A DNA stretch of 64,000 nucleotides, taken from Pseudogracilibacillus sp. Its GTDB lineage: Bacteria > Bacillota > Bacilli > Bacillales > Amphibacillaceae. The DNA is taken from contig DAMCTP010000001.1 of assembly GCA_032113595.1 (NCBI GenBank), positions 17,777 through 81,776 on the forward strand, given 5' to 3'. Under the pieces are notes generated by a model, which ran no database searches, had not been told where the DNA came from, and was given only the letters and a program-made list of their open reading frames with translations. Made by a program: the position numbers and the translations under genes. Below are positions 29,929-40,353 of the stretch, piece by piece; within the stretch, counting starts at the first letter, position 1, and the number at the start of each line of letters is the position of its first letter.

Positions 29929-31197
29929 TTAAGAAATATCTTCTTTTATGAATTTTTTTAAAACAATGACACATATCGAAATATAAATGACCGTCCAAGC
30001 TAGAACCGTCATCCATTCATAACTTTTAAACATGATAAGCCCACCTAACCCCATCCACCACTGCCCTGGATTTAATAATAAAGGTGATAAATTAAATCCT
30101 GTGAATAGCTTGAGAATAGAGGAGTTCGGGATAAAACCAGGAACTAGAAATAAGGTAATAAAGATAATAGCAAATAAAATAAAAGTAAAATAACTATTCT
30201 TTACGAATACAGATATAGTAAAGGTAAATAAGGAAAACAGCAGCATACAGACAAGAGATAGGATAAGGCCCATCACCAAGTAGGTTAATAACGACCAATT
30301 CCACCATGAGGCATAGGGAACATTAAATTTCATTTCCCAATTGAAACCGCTGCTAATGGCTGTATTCCATAGATAAGAATAATCAAATGTCGTAAAATAA
30401 GTCCCAAGCGTCATAATGAACAAAATGCCAATCATGATTGATGCTGTAAATAAAGAAGCAACTAATTTATCATTCATTAACTTTCTACCACGTTTTGTTG
30501 CATAGGTTACCAATTGTGTTCGATTTTCAAATTCAAAGTTAGTAATTAAAGCAGTTGCTAGTACAACTAGTATCATTCCTTCTATTAATAGATGGCGAAA
30601 TACAGTACCGAATAAAAGGCTATGCATATGATAGTTTTGTCCGGAGAAAAACCATTGACGATGTTCGCCATTTTGTTGCAGTTCTGTAAACCGATCAGAG
30701 AACTTAGTATATTCATGCTGTAAAGTATCAGCTGCTGCCCCTGTTAACCCATATTTTCTAATCTCACTTTCCCCTAATTTTATAATATCCAATTCGGCAT
30801 ATCTGTCATCCATGGACTTTGCATTATTCATATACATTTCTTTTATAGATAATGTAGAAAATGACTGTAATTGTTTTTCTGTATACTTTGTTTGACCTTC
30901 ATATGAGAGCTGATTAAAAAATTCAAATGCACTATCGAAGGTTTGACTAGTTGTTTTCTCTGTTATTGAATTTAATTCTGCCAATTCTCTTGTTATTTCC
31001 CCATTAACTTTTTCAAGGGATTCATCTGTAAATTCTGGCCCATATTTTTCAACTATTTCATTTACAATTGACAAATCCTCGTTAAAGTCGGAAGAAGTCT
31101 GGATAACAAAAATATTCCAAACAGAAAATAGGAAGATTAGTCCTAAAATAATCGGTGATAATAGTGCCTTTTTACATTCTAGTAAAATGATTCTCAT
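29929..31197 (-). CDS. ABC-2-type permease-like membrane protein with large extracytoplasmic loop
   Basis: Same topology as the downstream gene (LVTYATKRGR). Start moved to ATG 31197. Confidence 0.75.
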   Translation of the reverse strand: MRIILLECKKALLSPIILGLIFLFSVWNIFVIQTSSDFNEDLSIVNEIVEKYGPEFTDESLEKVNGEITRELAELNSITEKTTSQTFDSAFEFFNQLSYEGQTKYTEKQLQSFSTLSIKEMYMNNAKSMDDRYAELDIIKLGESEIRKYGLTGAAADTLQHEYTKFSDRFTELQQNGEHRQWFFSGQNYHMHSLLFGTVFRHLLIEGMILVVLATALITNFEFENRTQLVTYATKRGRKLMNDKLVASLFTASIMIGILFIMTLGTYFTTFDYSYLWNTAISSGFNWEMKFNVPYASWWNWSLLTYLVMGLILSLVCMLLFSLFTFTISVFVKNSYFTFILFAIIFITLFLVPGFIPNSSILKLFTGFNLSPLLLNPGQWWMGLGGLIMFKSYEWMTVLAWTVIYISICVIVLKKFIKEDIS

Positions 31198-31201
31198 GAC
31201 T

Positions 31202-32077
31202 TCACTCTTTCTCCTGGATATCATCACGGTATTCATAAAGAAAGACATCCTCAAGATGGGGAGCAACCGACTCCCAATCAGGGTCCATTTCTCCTTTATG
31301 AACGAAGCGAACAATCATGTTACCACGTTCTTGCTTCTCTGATAAAAGCATGTACTGTTGACGAAATTGTTCTAATCGCTCAAAGAGAATGGATGTTTCA
31401 TAGACAAACCCTTCCAGTGTACTGCAAATTTGCTCAACGGTATCCTCATACAGCAGTTGTTTGTTTTTTATCATAATTACTTTATTAGCAATCGATTCAA
31501 TATCAGACACGATATGTGTTGAAATAATGACAATCCTTTCACGTGCAAGTCCAGTTAATATATTACGAAAGCGTGCTCGCTCCTTTGGATCAAGTCCTGC
31601 AGTCGGCTCGTCCAAAATTAAAATTTCCGGATCATTAAGCAAGGCCTGTGCAATCCCAACCCGTTGAATCATACCTCCGGAAAACTTCCGCATCTTTTTA
31701 TCAGCAACATCACCCAAGGCTACCTGATGTAGTAACTTTTCTATTGTTGGAAGTGCAACTTTTTTCTCCATTCCTTTTAATGCAGCCAAATACAATAAAA
31801 ATTGTTTAGGAGAATAATTTTTATAATAACCAAATTGTTGTGGTAAATATCCAAGCTTATCCCGATATTCTTCATCTAGATCTAAAATGTTTGTGCCATT
31901 ATAAAGGATTTCCCCCTTGCTTGGAGATAAAAGTGTTACAAGCATTTTTATAAGTGTCGTTTTACCGGCACCATTGGGAGCGAGTAATCCATAAATCCCC
32001 GTCCCAAATTCGAGTTTTACTTGTTCTAAAGCAGAATATCTTCCATATTTTTTACTAACATTGTTAACAACTAACAT
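31202..32077 (-). CDS. ABC transporter ATP-binding protein
   Basis: APNGAGKT, FSGGM and ILDEPTAGLD motifs. Confidence 0.95.
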   Translation of the reverse strand: MLVVNNVSKKYGRYSALEQVKLEFGTGIYGLLAPNGAGKTTLIKMLVTLLSPSKGEILYNGTNILDLDEEYRDKLGYLPQQFGYYKNYSPKQFLLYLAALKGMEKKVALPTIEKLLHQVALGDVADKKMRKFSGGMIQRVGIAQALLNDPEILILDEPTAGLDPKERARFRNILTGLARERIVIISTHIVSDIESIANKVIMIKNKQLLYEDTVEQICSTLEGFVYETSILFERLEQFRQQYMLLSEKQERGNMIVRFVHKGEMDPDWESVAPHLEDVFLYEYRDDIQEKE

Positions 32078-32081
32078 AAGT

Positions 32082-32837
32082 CTAAACTCCTTTCGTTGGT
32101 GTCATGCGAACCAGCTTGCTTAAGTATTGAAGATACACGATTATACTTACAATCAAAATAGCTGCATACACAAAAACAGGCAATGTCATCAACATGTTCA
32201 TATATAAATGATTTTGCAATATAATAAATGTGATATTAAATCCAACCCACCCGAATATAACAAAAATTACTTGCCATCCTGTTTGTTTTTTCATTAAAGC
32301 AGCTAAAAAGATAATGGAGAACAAAAACAACGCTGTCGTTGAGATTAAAATAGCTTTTATAAAGTGTATTTCTTCATATACGATAGACAGAATCGTAATA
32401 CAAAACATATTTAAAAATATAGAAATCACACTAAAAATCAACATTTTAAAAGCAGTCACCTGATATAAGTTTAATTTTGTGGTCATTTCTACTTCAATCG
32501 TTTCATAATGACGTTTGTAAAAATAGTCGTAAAGCGAAAGTGAAGTAAAAATCAAAGGTGAAACAAGGAATAGAAATAAATACACAGCAGTTTCGTCCTG
32601 TGCTGTTTTAGTTACAGCACTAGATAAGTAAATCATCATGACCAAAATGGAAAAACAGAGCAATAATCCTTCTCTTCGATTAATAAAAAGATATTTCAGC
32701 CCAATTGTTTTATACAATTGAATGACATAAGCAAGAAATGACTGTCTCGGTTTCAAACTGACCTTGACAATTCTTTTGATCTCTGTTTGAATCTTTTGTT
32801 CATCTGGAAAAGGAATTTCTAACTTTTCTTTATTCAC
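32082..32837 (-). CDS. Multi-TM membrane protein, probable anti-sigma factor
   Basis: Overlaps the ECF sigma stop; short soluble N-terminus followed by about 6 TMs. Confidence 0.6.
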   Translation of the reverse strand: MNKEKLEIPFPDEQKIQTEIKRIVKVSLKPRQSFLAYVIQLYKTIGLKYLFINRREGLLLCFSILVMMIYLSSAVTKTAQDETAVYLFLFLVSPLIFTSLSLYDYFYKRHYETIEVEMTTKLNLYQVTAFKMLIFSVISIFLNMFCITILSIVYEEIHFIKAILISTTALFLFSIIFLAALMKKQTGWQVIFVIFGWVGFNITFIILQNHLYMNMLMTLPVFVYAAILIVSIIVYLQYLSKLVRMTPTKGV

Positions 32838-33384
32838 TATAATTATCCTCCATTTCTTTTCTTACAAAGTTAAGAGCTGTGTAATATCTAGATTTAACCG
32901 TTGATAGGGGTACTTGTACCACGTTGGAAATTTCCTTAAGCGTATAGTCTCCAAATAATTTTAGACGGATAATTTGTTGATAATCGGGAGGCAGTTGATT
33001 GATCAATAGGTTTACTTTTTCCACATCTTCCTTGTACATAAGCGATGCTGCCAAATCATAGCGACCCCCAAAGTCATCATGATTTAAGGACTCAACTAGT
33101 TTTGTTAATTTGTAGTTTTTTGAACGGAAATAATCAATCATTTGATTGGAAGCCACTCGATACAACCATGTACGAAATGATGCTTTCCTTTCATCGAAAC
33201 GCCCAATTGATTTCAGCACTCTAATAAAAACCTCTTGGGTCAGATCCTCAGATAAATGGATGTCCAGTGTTTGTTTATAGACGAAAGCATACATTTCCCG
33301 ATAATATTTAGTGATTAGCCGATTAGCTGCTTTATGATTGCTATTTCTCTTTATTTTTTTAATCCAATATTGTTCCTCACTCAT
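32830..33384 (-). CDS. ECF RNA polymerase sigma factor
   Basis: Region 2 EDLTQEVFIRV...SFRTWLYRVASN; region 4 YTLKEISNVVQVPLSTVKSR. Confidence 0.95.
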   Translation of the reverse strand: MSEEQYWIKKIKRNSNHKAANRLITKYYREMYAFVYKQTLDIHLSEDLTQEVFIRVLKSIGRFDERKASFRTWLYRVASNQMIDYFRSKNYKLTKLVESLNHDDFGGRYDLAASLMYKEDVEKVNLLINQLPPDYQQIIRLKLFGDYTLKEISNVVQVPLSTVKSRYYTALNFVRKEMEDNYSE

Positions 33385-33403
33385 AACCCCACCACTCTAC
33401 TTA

Positions 33404-33434
33404 TATATTCGTAATTTAACAGAGAAAAGTTTTA
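33404..33434 (-). promoter_or_regulatory. Candidate autoregulatory ECF promoter
   Basis: TAAAAC-N17-CGAATATA just upstream of the ECF gene, resembling the AAC/CG pattern of ECF promoters. Confidence 0.55.
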
Positions 33435-33669
33435 AATGTCGAAGAATATTACAAAGTAATTTAAATTTTAGGGTGAAAAAGGAAGGTTACCCCTTTCCAA
33501 CTCATAATTTGATTTAGTTCCAAGCAAAAAACTCCATCCCCTTTTTAAAGAACAGCGTCATTTTAAATCGATGTATGGGTGATTCCAATTCGGTTCAAAC
33601 AACGAATGATACCCTGTCAAAGGGTGATTGACCCTTATTCCAGAAATTCGCCATTATGAAAATGAATCT

Positions 33670-33730
33670 AAAAAAATAGTTCAGTTTAAAGGTACAATTT
33701 GGTCTTTTGCACATTTATACTGAACTACTT
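33670..33730 (-). repeat. 61-bp hairpin repeat acting as ridA terminator (related to 24294-24353)
   Basis: TAGTTCAGTTTAAA / TTTATACTGAACTA stem with an A-run. Confidence 0.55.
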
Positions 33731-33763
33731 TCTGCATGTTACTTACCTTTATTTAACTTTAAT

Positions 33764-34144
33764 CTACTTTTTCATATAGACAATCGCATCAATTTCTACC
33801 AAAACATCCTTCGGTAAACGACTAACTTCGATTGTCGCTCTTGCCGGATAAGGTTTAGTTAAATAGTTGCCATAAAGTTCATTTACCGTAGCAAAGTCAT
33901 TCATAGAATTTAAGTAGATTGTAAATTTAGTTACTTGCGAAAAATCGGCATCCGCTTCTGCCAATATTGTTTTTAAATTTTCCATTACTTGAACCGTTTG
34001 CTTTTCAATTCCTTCCACTACTTCACCAGTTGCTGGATCAATCCCAATCGCACCAGAGGCAAACATAAAATCCCCTGCCACAATTGCCTGTGAATATGGC
34101 CCAATAGCGGCGGGAGCCTTATCAGTAAATACTTCTTTCATCAT
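33764..34144 (-). CDS. ridA: RidA family enamine/imine deaminase
   Basis: APAAIGPYSQA, PYPARAT (catalytic Arg) and LPKDVLVEID. Confidence 0.93.
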   Translation of the reverse strand: MMKEVFTDKAPAAIGPYSQAIVAGDFMFASGAIGIDPATGEVVEGIEKQTVQVMENLKTILAEADADFSQVTKFTIYLNSMNDFATVNELYGNYLTKPYPARATIEVSRLPKDVLVEIDAIVYMKK

Positions 34145-34218
34145 TAAAATCCCCTTTCGATTTTCACTTTACCTTAGTATCATAACAATTTACACTAGGA
34201 TTTTACAATGTAACCTAC

Positions 34219-34440
34219 TTAAAATCGTTGTTTTTTTGTTGTGTTAATTTTACATGATGTATTTTTTAGCAGGCACATACGAAAATTCAAAAATAATAAA
34301 ACACTTACAAATAATGAGGCAATTCCAATAGATTGATGGACAATAAACACCCCAGAAACAACCTCGTCATATATATTAAAAGCTCCAAACATAAAAAAGC
34401 CGAGACTTAATAAAAGGGAAAGTTTACTTAAAGAAAGCAT
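34219..34440 (-). CDS. Small two-TM hypothetical protein
   Basis: GGAGTGA RBS; two hydrophobic stretches; co-oriented 19 bp after the MATE gene. Confidence 0.6.
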   Translation of the reverse strand: MLSLSKLSLLLSLGFFMFGAFNIYDEVVSGVFIVHQSIGIASLFVSVLLFLNFRMCLLKNTSCKINTTKKQRF

Positions 34441-34459
34441 GTCATCACTCCATTCTTAT

Positions 34460-35794
34460 TTAATCTAAAATTACCTTTTTTCTCCAACCACCAAATAAAT
34501 AATAACCCGTAGCAATAATACTGCTGACAAGAAAGCTAACTCCTATACCGATCGGGATTCCAATTTCTCCATATAAACTTGCCCCTATGGAAGTTAACGG
34601 ATAACGGAGCACCCAAAATGAAATTAAGTTAAGTACCAACACTTGGTACATAGCACCGGACGCACGAACGATACCATTTAAAATAAAATTTATCCCTAGT
34701 AAGGGAAAACAGTAAGCAATAATTTTTAAATAAATAACAGCATATTCGACAGAATCTACATCCCGTATAAATAACGTAACCAAAAACTTCGGAAAAATAA
34801 ATACGACTGTACTAATTGACAGCATAATCATCATTTTATAAAGTAATGCCGTTTTTGCGATACGATGAACCCTTTGCCACTGCTTTATTCCAATATTTTG
34901 CCCTGCCATACTATTTACAGCAATTCCAATTGATTGAGCAGGTAGCATGATCATTCGGTCAAGAGATTGTGCTGCACTATACCCACCAACGACTCCACTT
35001 CCGAATTTTGTAACAACACTCATAATTGCAGCTGAGCCAGCAGAAATAACTGCCATTTGTAAACCCGCCGGAATTCCTAAGTTCAAAATTAACGTGACCT
35101 CTTTCCATTTAGGTACACGTGGCAATTGAAAAGGGGCCAATCTCCTTCTTAATACATAAATAAGCCCGAATAAAAAAGCACTTCCTTGCGAAATAATTGT
35201 TGCAATTGCCGCTCCTTTTATTCCAAAATTAAAAACGGAAATAAAGAGTGGATCAAGAACGATATTTAACAAAACAGCCGTTGCCACAAATATCAATGGA
35301 GTTTTGCTATCCCCAAGGGCCCGTAATACTGTACTAATAAAATTATAACCGAAAAGAAATAATGCTCCTATAAAATTGATTTGTAAATAGGCTTTAGCTA
35401 AAGGGAATATATCTTTCGGTGTTCCTAACAACTGTAATAACCAATCAGCCATAAAAAAGCCGATGATACTGACGAGGATAGAAATAATTGTCAATACGAC
35501 AACAAAGGCATTCAAATAATTCATTAACCCCGTTTGATCACCACGACCTTTCTGTTGGGAAAGTATCGTCAATGAGGCATTATTGATGCCAATAACAAAG
35601 GCAAGCATTGTAAAAATAATCACACTCGAAATAGCGACAGCCCCTAATGCCTCTGCACCGAGCAGATTACCAATCCACAAACTATCTACGAGTTGATAAG
35701 AGATCTGTAGCATATTAGCTAATATAATGGGACCTGAAAAAAAGACTAATTGCTTAAATATATTCCCCGATGTAAAATCATATTGTTTTGGCAC
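34460..35794 (-). CDS. MATE family efflux transporter
   Basis: YQLVDSLWIG, LRALGDSKTPL, NIVLDPLFI and GAAIAT motifs. Confidence 0.93.
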   Translation of the reverse strand: MPKQYDFTSGNIFKQLVFFSGPIILANMLQISYQLVDSLWIGNLLGAEALGAVAISSVIIFTMLAFVIGINNASLTILSQQKGRGDQTGLMNYLNAFVVVLTIISILVSIIGFFMADWLLQLLGTPKDIFPLAKAYLQINFIGALFLFGYNFISTVLRALGDSKTPLIFVATAVLLNIVLDPLFISVFNFGIKGAAIATIISQGSAFLFGLIYVLRRRLAPFQLPRVPKWKEVTLILNLGIPAGLQMAVISAGSAAIMSVVTKFGSGVVGGYSAAQSLDRMIMLPAQSIGIAVNSMAGQNIGIKQWQRVHRIAKTALLYKMMIMLSISTVVFIFPKFLVTLFIRDVDSVEYAVIYLKIIAYCFPLLGINFILNGIVRASGAMYQVLVLNLISFWVLRYPLTSIGASLYGEIGIPIGIGVSFLVSSIIATGYYLFGGWRKKVILD

Positions 35795-35824
35795 CAGTAT
35801 CTACTTCCATCCGTATGACATATT

Positions 35825-38800
35825 TTACATACCTAGCAATTCTTTCACATCATCTTCAGATAAACTTGATAACATCGTTTCTCCCGGTTGAATAACTTGA
35901 TCGATTAATTCCCGTTTCTTTTGTTGTAATTCGTAAATCTTTTCCTCAATTGTTCCTTCAGTTAAATAACGAATGACATGAACTACCTTTTTTTGACCAA
36001 AGCGATGGGCTCTGCCCGCGGCTTGATCTTCTACTGCCGGGTTCCACCATAAATCAAATAAAATGACGGTATCTGCGCCAGTTAAATTTAAACCAGTCCC
36101 ACCTGCACGTAAGGAAATTAAAAATATACTCTTTTCTCCCTGATTGAATGCCTCTGTCATTTGCACCCGTTTTTCCGAGGGAGTCTGGCCATGCAAATAA
36201 AAATAATCAATCTTTCGATCTTCTAACTCCTTCATAATAATGTCATGCATACTTGTAAACTGTGAAAATATAAGCATTCTTTTTCCTTCTACAGTCAATT
36301 GCTCAATTGAATCTATCAATTCGTTTAATTTTCCGGATTCTCCCTCATAATTTTCAATAAACAGTGATGGATGACAACAAATTTGGCGTAGCCTCGTCAA
36401 TCCGGCTAAAATTTTCATCCTACTTTTCTGAAATCCTTCAGAGGCAATAGAAGTTGCGGTATCTTTTTGGAGTTGTTGTAAATAACCAACATACAGTTCC
36501 TTTTGTTCTTGTGTTAATTCTGAAATATGAACAGATTCAATTTTTTCAGGAAGTTCCTTTAATACATCTTCCTTGATTCTTCGTAATATGAAAGGCTTTG
36601 TCATGGAAGCAATTTTATATGGCTCCAATTGACGAAATGCCTTTTTATTTGGCATCAGACCTGGTAAAATGACTTGGAAAATTGCCCACAACTCATCGAC
36701 TGAGTTCTCTATCGGTGTACCGCTTAAGGCAAATCTTCTTTTAGCACTGATTTGGCGGATTGCCTTGGAAGTTTTTGTCGCATAATTTTTAATATACTGG
36801 GCCTCATCGAGCAACAACGTTTGAAAAATTAAATCCTTATATTCCTCCATATCTTGACGAATTGTACCGTATGAAGTAATCCATACATCTTTATTTTTTG
36901 CAGTTTGCATTTTCTTTTGCCGTTCTTCCTTTGTTCCCGTTAAAATAGCGACAGATAGGCTAGGAGCAAATTTTTTACATTCATTTCGCCAATTATAAAC
37001 GACAGATGATGGAACGACGACCAAATGGGGATGATCACTTGGTTCAGACAATATATAAGCAATCGATTGAATTGTTTTTCCTAATCCCATATCATCTGCT
37101 AAAATCCCACCCAAATGATAGTAACTTAACGATTTAAACCATTGATAACCGGTTAATTGATAATCTCTTAACGACGCCTCTAATCCTTCTGGAACGAGAT
37201 ATTCCTGTTCTTCAGGATGGTTTAATTGATGTAATAGCTGTCGAAACGAAGCATCATAATGTTTTTTCGTTTCAATCACTTCATCAATTTGAGTTCCTTT
37301 ATATACTGGCAAAGAAATCTTCCCATCAATTACGTGAGATTCATTAAGATCTAAATTAGAAAATAACCGTTGAACTGATTCAAACTTTTCATTTTCGAGC
37401 GACATTAACTTGCCACTATTTAATTTATAAAATCGTTTTTTCTCAATAATGGATTGAATAACTTTACTTAGCTCATCTTCATTGACGCCACTAATGTCGA
37501 AACCTATTTCTAATAAATTTGTTTCCGAACGGACAGAAACATTTGTACTTGCAATAGGTTCATGATCTAGCATCATTCGATGGATATCACTTGCTAAATA
37601 TAAGTCAACATGCTCATCTAACTTAGGTAAAATATGGTAGATAAAGTCATATAATTCATCATCATTATCTAATGATATATATAGCTTTTGCCCGTTATAA
37701 TGAAAATTTGATTGCTCGATAAAATTCATAATAATTCGCTCTTTTTCCATATCACGAATCATAATCATGTCTGATTGATCATTTCCTGAAAATGGGTTAA
37801 TTTCATGTGGGCCATAATGATATTGCAGCATTCCCGTTATTTCTTCTGAGTTTTTCTCTAAGAATAGCTTTGCCCGTAACGGGTATTGAACAATTTCTTT
37901 TGATACAGCATCATCAATTTTAACCTTTGCCGTCTTTTTTAATGCAGGAACTACTTCAGAAAAAAACTCATCTACATCATCTTTTTGAATTGGCAATAAA
38001 TGATTTCGAATCCCCAAATTCATGGCAGGCTTTAACACAGCCAACTGTGACTCATTGGGAAAATAAAAGACTCCCTTTTTAAAAAACATATCGTAGTACT
38101 CATAATAAATTAACTCTTTTCCCGCCTCGGTTTTAAGCGTCAGCATATCACTGCTTTTCTCGTGACGGTTAATGGTAAAATTTATTGGTGATTGATCGGT
38201 TTTAATCTCTACCTTTGTAAATGCATCATTATTAGAACGAACGGTTAATGATCGTTCATTTAACTTTTCTAACAAATCTTTCATTATTATAGGAGTGATT
38301 AAAACTTTACGCTTTTCTTGTGATCTTCCATAACGATTTTCTTGCTCATAAAACATTTCACTCGATTTTGCCACTTGTAATAATTGTTGAAATATTTCCT
38401 TATCTTGTTGTAGAAAATAATGCAGCTCGGGTTCAAATGTAAATTTTGTCGTAAAATAATAATGATTGTTTGCTAGCACATCTTGTAAAAATTCCTTAAG
38501 GTTTTTCACAACATAACAATGATCAATCCCGGTCCTTATTTGTAAATAAATTTCATCATATTCAAGGAGTAGTTCATACTCAACGTTCATTGGCAAATTG
38601 TCCATCACTGAAACATGTGTATGAGTTTGTGATGCAACAATATTATTAAAAAAGTCTTTTATGACCTTGCTATTTTTATTAATGGAAGTTTCTTTTGATT
38701 TAACCTCTTGTTGTATTGCTAGTAACACTGCAACTATATGTTTACATTCCCCATACGTATCAAATGCTGGACAATCACAAAAGGTTTGAACATTTCCTTG

Positions 38801-38986
38801 ATGAATGTTAGCAAGCTTTATATCAACATAATAATCATAGGTACCAGAAACTTGGGCGACCCACGTACTGTTGAGACGATCATAGGTTAACCCATATACA
38901 CGATTTTGAATAAAATACTTCAAGCCCCGAAGATAAATTTGTGGGCGAAAATGCTCCTTAATATTGATTCTTGATAATAAATCCAC
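35825..38986 (-). CDS. SWIM zinc-finger + SNF2-associated + SNF2 helicase
   Basis: CDCP...CKH SWIM motif; LADDMGLGKT, DEAQ, SGTPIEN and QAAGRAHRFGQ. Confidence 0.95.
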   Translation of the reverse strand: MDLLSRINIKEHFRPQIYLRGLKYFIQNRVYGLTYDRLNSTWVAQVSGTYDYYVDIKLANIHQGNVQTFCDCPAFDTYGECKHIVAVLLAIQQEVKSKETSINKNSKVIKDFFNNIVASQTHTHVSVMDNLPMNVEYELLLEYDEIYLQIRTGIDHCYVVKNLKEFLQDVLANNHYYFTTKFTFEPELHYFLQQDKEIFQQLLQVAKSSEMFYEQENRYGRSQEKRKVLITPIIMKDLLEKLNERSLTVRSNNDAFTKVEIKTDQSPINFTINRHEKSSDMLTLKTEAGKELIYYEYYDMFFKKGVFYFPNESQLAVLKPAMNLGIRNHLLPIQKDDVDEFFSEVVPALKKTAKVKIDDAVSKEIVQYPLRAKLFLEKNSEEITGMLQYHYGPHEINPFSGNDQSDMIMIRDMEKERIIMNFIEQSNFHYNGQKLYISLDNDDELYDFIYHILPKLDEHVDLYLASDIHRMMLDHEPIASTNVSVRSETNLLEIGFDISGVNEDELSKVIQSIIEKKRFYKLNSGKLMSLENEKFESVQRLFSNLDLNESHVIDGKISLPVYKGTQIDEVIETKKHYDASFRQLLHQLNHPEEQEYLVPEGLEASLRDYQLTGYQWFKSLSYYHLGGILADDMGLGKTIQSIAYILSEPSDHPHLVVVPSSVVYNWRNECKKFAPSLSVAILTGTKEERQKKMQTAKNKDVWITSYGTIRQDMEEYKDLIFQTLLLDEAQYIKNYATKTSKAIRQISAKRRFALSGTPIENSVDELWAIFQVILPGLMPNKKAFRQLEPYKIASMTKPFILRRIKEDVLKELPEKIESVHISELTQEQKELYVGYLQQLQKDTATSIASEGFQKSRMKILAGLTRLRQICCHPSLFIENYEGESGKLNELIDSIEQLTVEGKRMLIFSQFTSMHDIIMKELEDRKIDYFYLHGQTPSEKRVQMTEAFNQGEKSIFLISLRAGGTGLNLTGADTVILFDLWWNPAVEDQAAGRAHRFGQKKVVHVIRYLTEGTIEEKIYELQQKKRELIDQVIQPGETMLSSLSEDDVKELLGM

Positions 38987-39025
38987 GCCTAGTTCTCCCC
39001 TATTAAAAATAATATTTACATTTAT

Positions 39026-40219
39026 TTAATTAGACACCGTAGTTGAATGTTTTCGGGGATTCCTTTTTCCTGAAATGACCAAAAGGGTATAATATGCGAG
39101 TGATAACATCACCGAAAAAGCTGCCACAAGATAAATCATATAGTATCCAAATAAAAAAGCTAATTGACCAAACAAAATTGCTCCAACCCCCACACCTAAA
39201 TCAAACGATGAGAAAAATGTTGCATTTGCCATTCCTTTACGATTTAAAGGGGCTTTGTCAACCGCCCACGCTTGCAAGGCCGGTTGTACCATGCCAAAAC
39301 CAAATCCGTACAAAATACCTGCCGTAATTAACATCCCTGTATTAGGAAGCCATGATAAAAATAACATCGCAATAAAGATTAAAATAAGACCTGGGGGGAT
39401 CACATATAAATCCCCTTTTTGATCGTATAATCGCCCAGCAAAGGTACGTGTTAACATTAATGCCAAAGCATAGGCAACAAAATATATTTGAATTCCTGCA
39501 ATATCCTTTTCTATAGCGTATAGTGGAAGAAATGAAGCAATTCCACCAAAAGTTGCTGTAATAAAAAACAACAAAATAGCGGGATTAATAGCTGTTTTTT
39601 CAAAAACATCAAACCGAGCTACTTTCGTTTTATTTGGCGAATCATCTACTTTTTTAAACCTTATACTTAACGACAGTAATATAGCGACCAAACCTAAACC
39701 CGCACAAATTAAAAAAAAGTACGTAAATGACATTTTCCCGACGATTGAAAGCCCTAAGGCGGGACCAAGGGCTAACGCCAAATTACCCGATAGACCATAG
39801 TAACCCATTCCCTCTCCACGTCGTTTAGGGGGTATGAGGTCTGTCGCAATTGTCCCTGATGCTGTCGTTGAAAATCCCCAACCGATCCCTTGGATAATTC
39901 TCATTACAATTAACGCAATAATACTTTTTAAGAAACCAAAAGTTCCTACAGCAAGTACAAATAATCCGAGACCAAACATATAAACGATGCCTCTTCCCTT
40001 CGTCTCTAAAGCTTTCCCAGCATACGGACGAAATATAAGTGCCGAAAATGTAAAGATCCCAACGATAATGCCGATAATTTGTTCACTTCCACCAAGTTTG
40101 TTAATAAATATTGGTATTGTAGGTAACGTCATTTGAAATCCGAGAAAAATAAAGAAATTTGCAAGCCAAATTAATATGAAATCCCTTGTAAATATTTTCG
40201 GGTCGTGTTCATTGTCCAT
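39026..40219 (-). CDS. MFS transporter
   Basis: About 12 TMs; RIIQGIGWG and PPKRRGEGMG motifs. Confidence 0.92.
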   Translation of the reverse strand: MDNEHDPKIFTRDFILIWLANFFIFLGFQMTLPTIPIFINKLGGSEQIIGIIVGIFTFSALIFRPYAGKALETKGRGIVYMFGLGLFVLAVGTFGFLKSIIALIVMRIIQGIGWGFSTTASGTIATDLIPPKRRGEGMGYYGLSGNLALALGPALGLSIVGKMSFTYFFLICAGLGLVAILLSLSIRFKKVDDSPNKTKVARFDVFEKTAINPAILLFFITATFGGIASFLPLYAIEKDIAGIQIYFVAYALALMLTRTFAGRLYDQKGDLYVIPPGLILIFIAMLFLSWLPNTGMLITAGILYGFGFGMVQPALQAWAVDKAPLNRKGMANATFFSSFDLGVGVGAILFGQLAFLFGYYMIYLVAAFSVMLSLAYYTLLVISGKRNPRKHSTTVSN

Positions 40220-40285
40220 GAATTACTTCCTCTCTATCTTTTCTATTATACATGAACAAAATTTGATTTAAAAAGAGAAGAACTC

Positions 40286-40330
40286 AAAAAGCCTTTCTAC
40301 TAACTGATTTCCAATTAGCAAAAAGGCTTT
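40286..40330 (-). terminator. Terminator after nrdB
   Basis: AAAGCCTTT...AAAGGCTTT stem with a U-run on the minus strand. Confidence 0.7.
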
Positions 40331-40353
40331 CTTGCATTCAATTTCGTTTCACC

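Noticed and set aside
33480..33660. Possible pseudogene or sRNA between ridA and the ECF gene
   Set aside because: Only short reading frames and one small hairpin (ACCCT/AGGGT); nothing recognisable.
35825..38986. SNF2 helicase or the WYL gene as an anti-phage system
   Set aside because: No adjacent methylase, nuclease or other defence genes; this SWIM-SNF2 architecture is common in Firmicutes.
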